Source: a bacterium
Lineage (GTDB): Bacteria > SZUA-182 > DTGQ01 > JAFGSM01
Assembly (NCBI GenBank): GCA_049472335.1
Contig: JBLIRO010000026.1
Span: forward strand, 1-59,741
Direction of reading: 5' to 3'
Length of the DNA: 59,741 nt
Positions 28,959-38,389 of the stretch are shown here, piece by piece (positions within the stretch are counted from its first letter, which is position 1; each line of letters opens with the position of its first letter). Below the pieces are notes generated by a model. That model worked only from the letters and a program-made list of their open reading frames with translations, did not search any database and was not told the origin of the DNA. Position numbers and translations under genes: made by a program.

Positions 28959-29895
28959 ATGTATATGATTTTTTTGATGAAAAAAAAAGAGATTAATTAT
29001 AGAATTTATGTATTGTCAATCATTATGGTTTTACAAATTTTCATGGCATTTTCAGTGTTTGCCCAGGAGACGGGAAGGAGGCAGTTTCCTGCAGAAACAG
29101 GAAGGAAAGTATTCTCTCAAGAAACAGCAAGGAAAACATTCGCTATGGAAACAGAAAGGAGGTTTCGTGGCGGTTTTTATCCATTTATAGAACGTTTTGA
29201 ATGGAGGGAATTTGATGAGAATGGTGACAGGCTTTTATTAGAATCAGGTCCTATTTTTGGCATCGGAGGATTTTTTCGTGGGGTCCCAAGAACACAAAAC
29301 GGATTAAATCTAATAATAGGACGTGCATGGTGAATTGTTCTTTGGAGAGGTAGATTATGACGGGCATCTCCAAGATGAATAAAGAACCCCTCATAAAAGC
29401 AAAACAGCTTATTCGGGTACCAAGATTGAGGGTACATGTGCATTTGCCATTCAACTGGGGGAATATTCCTATTTTAAGCCGGGTGGAGGACTTGGCTTCC
29501 GATACTGGTTAAGAGAACTTGATGTGGATCATGATCAAATACACGGATACGATGAATCATGGACAATACTATATGGTATTATTGATCTTGGAATGATTTA
29601 TTTCAAAAGGTCAAAACAAGAGCTATATGGAAATCTGGAAATAAGGATTCCTTTTTTTAACCGTGAGATTATTGATATGTCAAATCAGGGAGGACCCTCT
29701 GATATAGAATTAGAACCCGGAAAAGAGATATCTATATATATGGAGCCTTTCGGAATGAGGATAAAAATGTTTTATCTCTCCCTCTTTTATGAGCAATTGC
29801 GTTTCTCAAGATCGGACATTAATTATACTTATGGTGTTTACCAGCCAAAATCAGAGGCCGATATCTATGGAATAAAGGCGGGAACTGTTTTTTAG
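28959..29895 (+). pseudogene. outer-membrane beta-barrel pseudogene (frameshift at ~29319 plus TAA at 29380)
   Basis: Frame 3 '...WREFDENGDRLLLESGP...' continues in frame 1 'DVHGELFFGEVDYDGHLQDE*RTP...YWLREL...GVYQPKSEADIYGIKAGTVF'. Confidence 0.8.
29058..29166 (+). repeat. four 27-nt (9-aa) tandem repeats after the signal peptide
   Basis: FAQETGRRQ/FPAETGRKV/FSQETARKT/FAMETERRF. Confidence 0.8.
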
Positions 29896-29950
29896 CATTT
29901 CCCCCATGATCATATATTTGATGGAATGATACTCTATTATGTTATGTCCA

Positions 29951-30189
29951 GCGGTTAAAAAAGATTTATAGAGTAATATGGATTATAAAAAAGGAAAGAC
30001 ATTGATTGACAGGACCTGTAGTGAATTTGATTTTCTCGGCTATCGTGTCTAACCCAAAGGGATGGGCTTTCTGAAAAACAATAATTAATCTTATCACAAA
30101 AGCTCTTCGGCTTTATGAGCAAGGACCGCCCCGCATCAGAGCGGGGCGGCTCGAAGAGTATACGATTAGACGGCTGTCATGGGCCGTTA
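29951..30189 (+). pseudogene. degenerate C-terminal fragment of a bacterial reverse transcriptase
   Basis: 'KTLIDRTCSEFDFLGYRV*' (RT motif 7), then after a frameshift 'EKTIINLITKALRLYEQGPP...RLEEYTIRRLSWA'. Confidence 0.65.
30126..30149. terminator. 9-bp GC hairpin between convergent genes
   Basis: CCGCCCCGC-ATCAGA-GCGGGGCGG; no U tract. Confidence 0.35.
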
Positions 30190-30711
30190 CTAGTGGACCC
30201 AGGCGGGATAACTGTTGGGATATGGAGATAGACTCGGATTTATGTATATAGTTGTCGGGACAGGAAGGAAAGTACTGGTACTAAGCTCTCTCAAAAAGGG
30301 ATTAAAGTTGGTCGAACCAGATAGAATGTAAGATTGCGATGTTCCGAAGAGCGGATTCGTCATCGTCGTGCTTCGAAAATTGCTAGTGGAATATGTGTTT
30401 GAGCTTTGTGTTGAATTTGAGGAAGATCCTGCGGTCTGGTATCCCAGCCCCATATTCCATCCGTATAATCCAGCATAATTCAAGCCCGCTCCATAATGTC
30501 CATATACTATTAAGTCAGGATGGTGGAGGGAAATTGAGTTATAGGGGCTGTCCCAGTACCCGTAAATATCATATTGGTATCCCGCCGGCCACATGTTGCG
30601 GTACGTAGTGTACTGCGCTCTTGCTTTCGGAACCAGAATACTAGCCATCGCTAGGACAATCATAAAAAAACATACAAAAAAACCTGTTAAATTCCGCCTA
30701 TTAAATATCAT
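30190..30711 (-). CDS. secreted Tyr/Gly/Ser/Pro-rich low-complexity protein
   Basis: Signal peptide ending ARA-Q; AAGGAG RBS. Confidence 0.7.
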   Translation of the reverse strand: MIFNRRNLTGFFVCFFMIVLAMASILVPKARAQYTTYRNMWPAGYQYDIYGYWDSPYNSISLHHPDLIVYGHYGAGLNYAGLYGWNMGLGYQTAGSSSNSTQSSNTYSTSNFRSTTMTNPLFGTSQSYILSGSTNFNPFLRELSTSTFLPVPTTIYINPSLSPYPNSYPAWVH

Positions 30712-31398
30712 TGGCCTTATCTCCTTTACAATTTTGTATCAAATGACATACATCACCCCTGTATCATTATAAATATCTCAATATTCTACCTCCTTCTCTA
30801 TAGTTTTAACCGACTGGTCTTACGCAATACCATAAATTATTATAAAAGTGAGCAAATAAACTATAATAGCCTGGGTATTGCCATCAATATATTACAGCCA
30901 CAGGGATGTTCTGCTGGTAATAATCAGGGTATATCTGATTACCTTCTTTATAACCATTTATAACCAGAGCAACCGTGAATAATGAAGATGAAAGTAAATT
31001 ATAAAATGTTTATATATTTTCTATATTTCGGGTGGAATGAACCGAGACTCTCCAGAGACGATATGAGGGTGTGACTCCTTCATCATAGTCAGGTCTATGA
31101 TAATTGGTTCCTGCATTTAAAATTTATCCGGCAGATCAATTTTAAAGACAGATTAATATATATATTTTTTGAAAGAATATTTGATTGAATAACAAGAATT
31201 TCTTTTTGAACAATAAAAGCATATCAAAGAATATAACTTTTGTCAACACCAAATTTTACACACTAAATTTTACATAAAATATTCTAAAGGAATATCATAA
31301 TAAAAATTATATGGGTTGTTATGGGTGAAGCCGTTGGCTCCAAGTCTATATAAGCGATTACAAATACTATTAGTTTGATAGAATATAAAATATGGATA

Positions 31399-32931
31399 TT
31401 ATAAATTCCTGAACATATAGGAAATATAACCAACTACGATGACGATAATGCTCCCTACCATGGTGTAAAGAGGCCAGGCTATGGTCAGGCCTTCCCCGGG
31501 TAATAGGATCTGAACAGGGCCCTTTACCAGAAAGAGAAGAGCGATCAACCCGGCAAAAAATCCTGTAATAGCGTCAAGACGCCGGAGCTTTTTGGAAAGG
31601 ATACCCAACAGGAAAGCCCCCAGCAGTCCTCCATAGGTGTATGAGGCGATTCCCAGACCCAGCTCGACGACTGCCGGGCGTTGTCCCGGTGAATTAAGCT
31701 GCAGAAGGGCAAAGAGAAATGCTGAGGAGGTAATGATTATCCCCCAGATGATTGTGATTATCCGTGATATCCTCAGGTCTTTCTCTGAAGAATTGTTTTT
31801 CCCCCAGTAAGGTTTGTATAAATCCATCATCGTTGAAGATGCCAGTGAATTGATGGAAGAGGATAACGTGCTCATGGCTGCGGCAAGTATTGCAGCTACG
31901 ATCAAGCCCGACAGCCCGGAAGGGATTTCTTCCACAATGAATTTCGCGAAGATTTCATCTGTTGTGGCGAGTCCCAGAAGGGCAGGGGCCTTTCCGCTAT
32001 AAAAGCTGTAGAGAAGAAGGCCGATAAACATAAACAAAGAAAACTGGAGGAATACCACAAATCCGCTTATGATCAGGGCCTTTTTACCGGACCGGACATC
32101 TCTGGTTGTTAGGAGACGCTGTACCATGAGCTGGTCAGTGCCGTGAGAGGCGATTGAAAAGACGCCTCCTCCTATGACAGCCGTAAAAAAGGTATAGGGT
32201 TGGGCAATAAAATCCCTGAAGGGCAGATCGAATCCCAGGCGAAAGAGTTTTAATTTGCCCGCGTTTTGCAAAAAACCTACAGCACTGGTAAGCCCCTGGG
32301 GCAGGCGGGCCAGTATAATTCCCACAGCCAGGAAAGCCCCTCCGATATAAATGCACATCTGGATCACGTCCATCCAAATCACCGCCCTGATCCCTCCCAG
32401 AAAGGTATAGATGAAGGTAACTGCTGAAATGAGCATGATTGAGATAAAATAGACATTAAGGTCGGAAACCTTGAAATTCGCCAGCCGGAGGATTATGGCG
32501 ATGGGAATGGCTGAAGCGAAAAGACGCACACCGTCTGCCAGCAAACGGGTCAGCATAAAGGTTGAGCTGGTGACGTTGCGCATACCGTCACCAAAACGCT
32601 CACCGAGAAACTGGTAGGCTGTCGTCAAATTTCCCTGGTAATACCTGGGTAAAAAGATAATGCTCACCAGTGTCCTTCCCAGGATATATCCGAAGGTTAT
32701 CTGAAGGAAGGTCAGGTTTCCCCCATAGGCAACGGCCGGTATGCTGATAAAGGTCAGGGTGCTCGTTTCCGTGGCTACCAATGAGAATAGAACTGCCCAC
32801 CAGGGGATTTGATGGCCTCCCAGAAAATAGTCTGCCGTGGATCTCTGTTTGCCGGAGATCACCAGTCCGAAAACAATCACTCCCACCATATACAGCAGGA
32901 CAACGAGATAATCGAAGATGCTAAAACCCAT
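31399..32931 (-). CDS. sodium:solute symporter (SSS) family
   Basis: DYFLGG..IPWW..SLVATETST; GGIRAVIWMDVIQ; GTDQLMVQR; AAAMSTLSSSINSLA. Confidence 0.95.
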   Translation of the reverse strand: MGFSIFDYLVVLLYMVGVIVFGLVISGKQRSTADYFLGGHQIPWWAVLFSLVATETSTLTFISIPAVAYGGNLTFLQITFGYILGRTLVSIIFLPRYYQGNLTTAYQFLGERFGDGMRNVTSSTFMLTRLLADGVRLFASAIPIAIILRLANFKVSDLNVYFISIMLISAVTFIYTFLGGIRAVIWMDVIQMCIYIGGAFLAVGIILARLPQGLTSAVGFLQNAGKLKLFRLGFDLPFRDFIAQPYTFFTAVIGGGVFSIASHGTDQLMVQRLLTTRDVRSGKKALIISGFVVFLQFSLFMFIGLLLYSFYSGKAPALLGLATTDEIFAKFIVEEIPSGLSGLIVAAILAAAMSTLSSSINSLASSTMMDLYKPYWGKNNSSEKDLRISRIITIIWGIIITSSAFLFALLQLNSPGQRPAVVELGLGIASYTYGGLLGAFLLGILSKKLRRLDAITGFFAGLIALLFLVKGPVQILLPGEGLTIAWPLYTMVGSIIVIVVGYISYMFRNL

Positions 32932-33016
32932 TTGTCAAGCTAAAGTCTCAGAAAGTCTCAAATAGTCTAATCATTATATTCATTCCTGATATTCATTTGT
33001 GCGGGAAGGGAACGCC

Positions 33017-35494
33017 TTAAATCATACCTAGTATTGCCTCCTTGATCTCATTATTAAATCCGGAATAGGCCTTATCTTTGATGAATATGATCGGGAAATA
33101 GCCAAAACTCTGGGATAAACCTTCACTGGACCCGAACAACGATTCAAGCGCGGCCATATCGTTCCAGAATCCCTGATCGCTAATGAGATGTTCCTCCACA
33201 GGATAACTTATCGTGTCGAGAAAATCCAGAAAGTCGAGACACATAGGCCCGCTGCCGTTATGAAAGAAGACTATCATATTTCCGACATCCGCCATAAGAG
33301 GAAAATCATCTATTGAATGCATGTCTTCCACATCGGATTCTTCATCCAATGGGATTAGCGGAATAGGGGTTGTATATTGCACTTCTCTGTTTTGCGGTAT
33401 TTCCGAAAAGGGAAGAGTAATATCGACGATGCCGAATCCATCCAGATCCATCCACTTAACATCTGCGTTGTCAAAAAAGTCCAGATAAACTTCGTTCCAC
33501 GCGGCCTTTGCCCCTCCGATATGTGTGTGTGAAACCGGAGAGATTTTATTGTACTCTAGAGAATCAAAAAGCTCTTCTTTGAACTGTTCAGTTGATCCTT
33601 CCCTGGACCAGTAGCTAATGTCGCACAAGCTCCCTGTCCCCCATTTTTCTGATCCGACATTAGAGACAGAGAAGATCTTTACGTCATATTCCTCCGGTTT
33701 GTAAATCGTCGCTTTCGCGCCGGTGGTCCCTCGTGCCAGGATATATTCGATGCGAAGCGCTTCGGCGGCCTTTACCGTGTTTTCATCATAGGCAAAATAC
33801 CGGGATGAAAACGCCCTTACCGGTTTGCCTATGCATGTCTCGATGGTCTCTACGGTATCTCTCATCAGCTCGTACTGCTCTTCATAAGGTTTGTCCCAAA
33901 ACGGCTCAGCAGAGTATGAAGCACGTATCTCTACACCGTATTTCTGAAGCTTTATCAGGTTTATACAGTTTTCGACTGCAAAATCAGCGGTTACTCCCAG
34001 TAACGCCGGTATCCCCCTGCTTTGTAATTCATAAACGAAATTATTGAGTCCGACTACGCTTTCACTCTCAGATAGAAGCATCAAGCCCATCGTACCGGTG
34101 AACGGAAAATCATCAATAGAACAAGGATTATCTATATTGGCTTCTTCATCAAGAGGGATTAGGGGCTTGGGAGTGGTATACTGGACTTCCCTGTTTTGAG
34201 GGATTTCAGAAAAGGGTTGGGTAATATCTATCTCTCCGAAGGAATCCAGATCAGTCCATATCACGTCAGTATTGTCAAAGAAATCAATATATTGTGCATT
34301 CCATGCCGCTTTAAGGCCTCCCAGATAAGTGTGGGAGACCGGGGATATCTTGTCATACTTTAGGGCATCGAACAGTTCAACGCCAAAGTCTTCCGGTGAG
34401 CCTTCTCTGGCCCAATAACTATAGTCACATAAACTCCCTGTACCCCATTTAGGTGATGCGACATTTGAAACAGAGAAGATCCTGACATTATATTCTTCGG
34501 GTTTATATATGGTTGCCCTCGCGCCGGTGGTCCCCCTTGCCAGAACATAAGGAACACCTAGATTTTCTGCCGCCTGTAACGTATTCTCGTCATATGCGAA
34601 ATAACGCGATCCGATTATCCTCATGGGTTTTCCCGTACATGCCTCTATGATTTCTTTGGTGGTTTTTATGGCTTCGAACTGTTCCTGGTAAGGCTTATTC
34701 CAGAACGGCTCCTGAGAACAAACACCACCGATTTCCACACCGTATTCCTGCAGCTTCTTAATGTTCTCACAATTCTCGGCAACAAAATCCGCGCTGACTA
34801 TCAATAATGAAGGGATTTCCCTTTCCTGTAGCTCATAGACAAAATTATTAAGGCCTTCCACGCCTTCAAATTCTATGAGCAGCATCAATCCCATGGTTTC
34901 TGTCGTCTCCCCGGCAGGAGGTTCAACAGGTTTCTGTGATGCTGGTTTTGTGTAAGGATAATAAAATGGATTCATATAAGATAACATGGCAAAGGATGAA
35001 TAAAAAGGATTCATGCCGAGGTATTCTCTGTATGCCTTTAGATTTTGATTTCCATAATCACCGAACCGAAAACCGGTCAAGGGTTTCAAAAGAAATGACT
35101 GGGGTATCAATTGATTAACCCAGTTTTCGTTTCCAATTGCAGGCGGGGTTGTCCAGGGGGTTAAGATATTGAATGACTGATTAGTCCAAAAGTTGTTTCC
35201 TGGCACCATATAATCATTTATAAAAGGGATTGACATGGAAGATGACCGAAGATTTAGATCCCTCTGCATAATGGCAAGCTGGCTTGTCCAGCTTCCGGGC
35301 AAAGAAAAGAATATGTTCGTCCATGACGGTGATTGTATAATGCCTTGATAGGCCTGATTGAGAAATAACTCAAAATCCTGATTCTGATATGAAAGCTGAG
35401 CCATGGATGATGAGCTAATCAGGAATAATAAAGCGGTAAATGCTATAGAAAATAATATGGTTTTTTTAATGTTTCGCATGTTTGTCCTACCCAT
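33017..35494 (-). CDS. secreted protein: low-complexity N-terminus, two tandem polysaccharide-deacetylase-like domains, C-terminal glutaredoxin-like domain
   Basis: Signal peptide; duplicated unit with 'GVEI...PYxEQ...GKP..SRYFAYDENT..AAE'; C-terminal 'FHNGSGPMC...FPIIFIKDKAYSGFN'. Confidence 0.7.
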   Translation of the reverse strand: MGRTNMRNIKKTILFSIAFTALLFLISSSSMAQLSYQNQDFELFLNQAYQGIIQSPSWTNIFFSLPGSWTSQLAIMQRDLNLRSSSMSIPFINDYMVPGNNFWTNQSFNILTPWTTPPAIGNENWVNQLIPQSFLLKPLTGFRFGDYGNQNLKAYREYLGMNPFYSSFAMLSYMNPFYYPYTKPASQKPVEPPAGETTETMGLMLLIEFEGVEGLNNFVYELQEREIPSLLIVSADFVAENCENIKKLQEYGVEIGGVCSQEPFWNKPYQEQFEAIKTTKEIIEACTGKPMRIIGSRYFAYDENTLQAAENLGVPYVLARGTTGARATIYKPEEYNVRIFSVSNVASPKWGTGSLCDYSYWAREGSPEDFGVELFDALKYDKISPVSHTYLGGLKAAWNAQYIDFFDNTDVIWTDLDSFGEIDITQPFSEIPQNREVQYTTPKPLIPLDEEANIDNPCSIDDFPFTGTMGLMLLSESESVVGLNNFVYELQSRGIPALLGVTADFAVENCINLIKLQKYGVEIRASYSAEPFWDKPYEEQYELMRDTVETIETCIGKPVRAFSSRYFAYDENTVKAAEALRIEYILARGTTGAKATIYKPEEYDVKIFSVSNVGSEKWGTGSLCDISYWSREGSTEQFKEELFDSLEYNKISPVSHTHIGGAKAAWNEVYLDFFDNADVKWMDLDGFGIVDITLPFSEIPQNREVQYTTPIPLIPLDEESDVEDMHSIDDFPLMADVGNMIVFFHNGSGPMCLDFLDFLDTISYPVEEHLISDQGFWNDMAALESLFGSSEGLSQSFGYFPIIFIKDKAYSGFNNEIKEAILGMI
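33299..34897 (-). repeat. internal tandem duplication with ~804-nt (268-aa) period
   Basis: TMGLMLL...SIDDFP occurs twice with high identity. Confidence 0.9.
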
Positions 35495-35912
35495 CCTTAC
35501 TTAATTTTAATATGTTTTTGTCTCATTAAACTATATACTCAACATATAAAAAGGATTTAAACCCTAATGAACAATCTAAAGGTTAAGAGAAAAAGAAAAA
35601 CAGAAGGAAATCTATTTTTATTTGATAATCTATACTGTTGAGATATTAAAACTCAAAACCAATAGTAAACCAATAAGTAAAAAATATCGGATATTATAAA
35701 ACTATTATCCTATAATAATATTATTAAATAGTTTAAACATTATCATCTTGACATTTATAAAAAAATTTACCTTATCTTATGGATTTTGTCAAGTGATAGA
35801 TAGTACTCGGAATTCAATACAGATAACTTAATGACCTTTTTGCGAGTCTTCAGTGTTTTAAACATTAATATTTGATTGAAAATTAAAGGTTATATAAACA
35901 CTATTTAATATT

Positions 35913-36746
35913 TTAAGTGAGGTGTAGATCTGATTTAAGATCCCTTTTCATTTTAACAATATTTGGGCCATGATTTAAATTGCCTTGGTGCTCGCTGAGT
36001 GTTTTTCCCTTCCATTCGCATTTCAAAGATTTAGCAAAAATCTCTCCCACAATTCTAAGTAGTACGATTATATCCACAGACCATGTTTTTTTCTCGCGAA
36101 TCGAATCAAAACCCAGGCATCCAATTAATGATCTATTATTAAACATAGGAATCGTTACAATCGATTGTATCCCATGTGCCATGAAATATTCTTTTTCTGC
36201 ATATGCCTTTGGCGGAAGGGAATCACAACCACCAACAAAAAAAACCCCGCGTTTTTTGAGTTTTTTAGCCAACCATGGAAATTCTTTGCCAACAAAATGC
36301 CCTTTTAGGTTTTTGATTTGCGGTTTTATTCCTTTGGCACACCACTCAAATATTTCGTCGATCTTCTTTCTGTCTTCTGAAAGGATGAATATGTAACCAC
36401 GATCAACAGCGATAAATTTCCCGATCTTTTGCAATGCATTTTTTATCCTGAAACGGATATTCTCTTTTGAAGGTCTAATAAAATTTGTGGAAATAGTGGC
36501 AATGAGCTTCTCAAATTCAGCCCGATAGTATAATGAATATTCTGTTCTTATATGATCCGCAATTTCCTGTTGAAGCCTGCTATTCATTGTTGTCAAATAC
36601 AGAGTGCGCTCTTCTATCTTTTTTTCTATGTCGAAGTATGCATATAGTAAGGCATTCTTTAAAATCCTTTCGGATTCTTTATGTTTGGAATTTAAGTATT
36701 CTAATTCGTTGATACGCTTTTTTAAAATATCCAAATAGGCTATCAT
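35913..36746 (-). CDS. coiled-coil plus GAF-domain protein with no output domain
   Basis: IEERT..L...LQQEIAD; FEKLIATISTNF; VDRGYIF; EWCAKGI; GIQSIVTIPM..GCLGFDS..KTWS. Confidence 0.8.
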   Translation of the reverse strand: MIAYLDILKKRINELEYLNSKHKESERILKNALLYAYFDIEKKIEERTLYLTTMNSRLQQEIADHIRTEYSLYYRAEFEKLIATISTNFIRPSKENIRFRIKNALQKIGKFIAVDRGYIFILSEDRKKIDEIFEWCAKGIKPQIKNLKGHFVGKEFPWLAKKLKKRGVFFVGGCDSLPPKAYAEKEYFMAHGIQSIVTIPMFNNRSLIGCLGFDSIREKKTWSVDIIVLLRIVGEIFAKSLKCEWKGKTLSEHQGNLNHGPNIVKMKRDLKSDLHLT

Positions 36747-36825
36747 TTTAGTTTTAAAAGGTATAAGAACTGTTCAGGAAAAATACTAATAAGATAATAT
36801 AAATTTATATAATAAAAAATTATCA

Positions 36826-36842
36826 AGCATAATTTGTTCCAT
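36826..36842 (-). promoter_or_regulatory. putative sigma54 -24/-12 promoter
   Basis: Minus strand TGGAAC-AAATT-ATGC (GG-N10-GC) ~80 bp upstream of 36746. Confidence 0.4.
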
Positions 36843-37388
36843 GGCATTTTTATAATTATTATATATATTTTAATGTTTATTTAAAATAATTTTGTTGTTG
36901 CTTTTATAAGGTTTATCCTTTGTTTATTGAATTGTTTTGTATAATATTATAACTATATGATTTTAAAAGATTATTTTGGTCACATAAAATCAATGAGGCA
37001 TGAAATATTTTGCATATCATAAAATAATGATAAAAAATATAATTTAAAATATATTTGTTGTAAGAAATTTTTTATAATTTTTTTAGCCTCATTATGATTC
37101 TAATACAGAATTAGGTTTATAAATATTATGCTTACTATTTTAAGATAAAGAAAATTTTCAGAAATAATTCTCTTTAATATAAAGACTTATGGAATAATTA
37201 TAGAATTCGTAAGTTATATAAAGAGTACTTTTTACAGGATACTTTTATTGCTTTTTTTCAACGGTAAAGATCTTATGAATGTAATTTAACCACAAATCAA
37301 TACAGAAAGAATATAGATAAAATATCATGTAATATGGTATATGAAAGCGAAATATATGAAAAAAAATTTATATATAAACTGTGTCCCC

Positions 37389-38363
37389 CTATGAATTCAA
37401 TATATGGTGCTTGCGTATAAAATAACCGAGATTACGTTGATCTATTCCAAGAAGCTTAGCTGCTTTGGATTTAACCCAGTCAGCTTTAATTAGCGCTCTA
37501 AGAATGAGTTGCCGCTCATAAGTTGTGACTTTTCTCTTTAGATTTAAGTCTTCGGCATCATGGAAGGAGTTATTGGATGTATTATGAAATATATGATACG
37601 GGAGTGACTGAAGCTTGATGGAGTCAGTATTTTCAATAATGACAGCATGCTCGATAGCGCTTTTTAATTCACTCACGTTTCCGGGCCAATCGTAATCAAT
37701 TAAAGCATCCATAGCCTCGGAGCTTATGCCTTTTATATGTCGCTTAGTCTCAAAATTCTCAAATTTGATGAAATTTTTTACAAGGAGCGGGATATCCTCC
37801 TTCCTTTCTCTTAGGGGTGGCAGAAATATGGTTATAACTCCCAATCGGATAAAGAGGCCTTCTAGAAAGGCTCCCTGCTGAGCGGCCTTTTTAAGCATAA
37901 TATTTGTAGTGGAGATGATCCTGACGTCAACCTTAATTGAAGTTGAGGATTTTTCCGTTGCAATCTTTCCGGTTTCAAGGACCTCCAGTAATTTGGCCTG
38001 GCTGGACAAAGACATATTACAGATCATGTCTAAGAGTATTGTTCCCCCAGTTGCGAGTTCAAACTCTCCTTTCAGTGTTTCATAAGACCCGGTTAAATTA
38101 CTGCTCTTCTTGCAACCGAAAAGCTCGTTTTCCAGAAAGGTTTCACTCAGGTCATTACAATTGACCCTAATAAACGGCTTTTTAGCTCGCGGACTAATTG
38201 CCTGCAGGGCATTCGCAATAAGTTCTTTTCCTGTTCCGCTTTCACCTTGAAGCAAGACAGGAGAATCAGTTTTTCCTATCATCTCTATTAAACGGCAAAT
38301 CTCGAGGATTCTAAAATTTTTGCCAAGAATATTGCTGACCTCACTTTTGATATCGATAGCCAT
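37389..38363 (-). CDS. sigma54 activator-like AAA+/Fis-HTH protein with no receiver and degenerate catalytic motifs
   Basis: GESGTGKE, PFIRVNC, PPLRERKEDI, YDWPGN, KAAKLLGI HTH. Confidence 0.9.
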   Translation of the reverse strand: MAIDIKSEVSNILGKNFRILEICRLIEMIGKTDSPVLLQGESGTGKELIANALQAISPRAKKPFIRVNCNDLSETFLENELFGCKKSSNLTGSYETLKGEFELATGGTILLDMICNMSLSSQAKLLEVLETGKIATEKSSTSIKVDVRIISTTNIMLKKAAQQGAFLEGLFIRLGVITIFLPPLRERKEDIPLLVKNFIKFENFETKRHIKGISSEAMDALIDYDWPGNVSELKSAIEHAVIIENTDSIKLQSLPYHIFHNTSNNSFHDAEDLNLKRKVTTYERQLILRALIKADWVKSKAAKLLGIDQRNLGYFIRKHHILNS

Positions 38364-38389
38364 TAATTCCTCTTTAAAAAAAGATCATA

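Noticed and set aside
31039..31110. tRNA gene or glycine riboswitch (CTCTGGAGAG...CCGAA on the minus strand)
   Set aside because: No T-loop GTTCRA, D-loop GG or CCA; the CTCTCAGG half of the glycine aptamer is missing.
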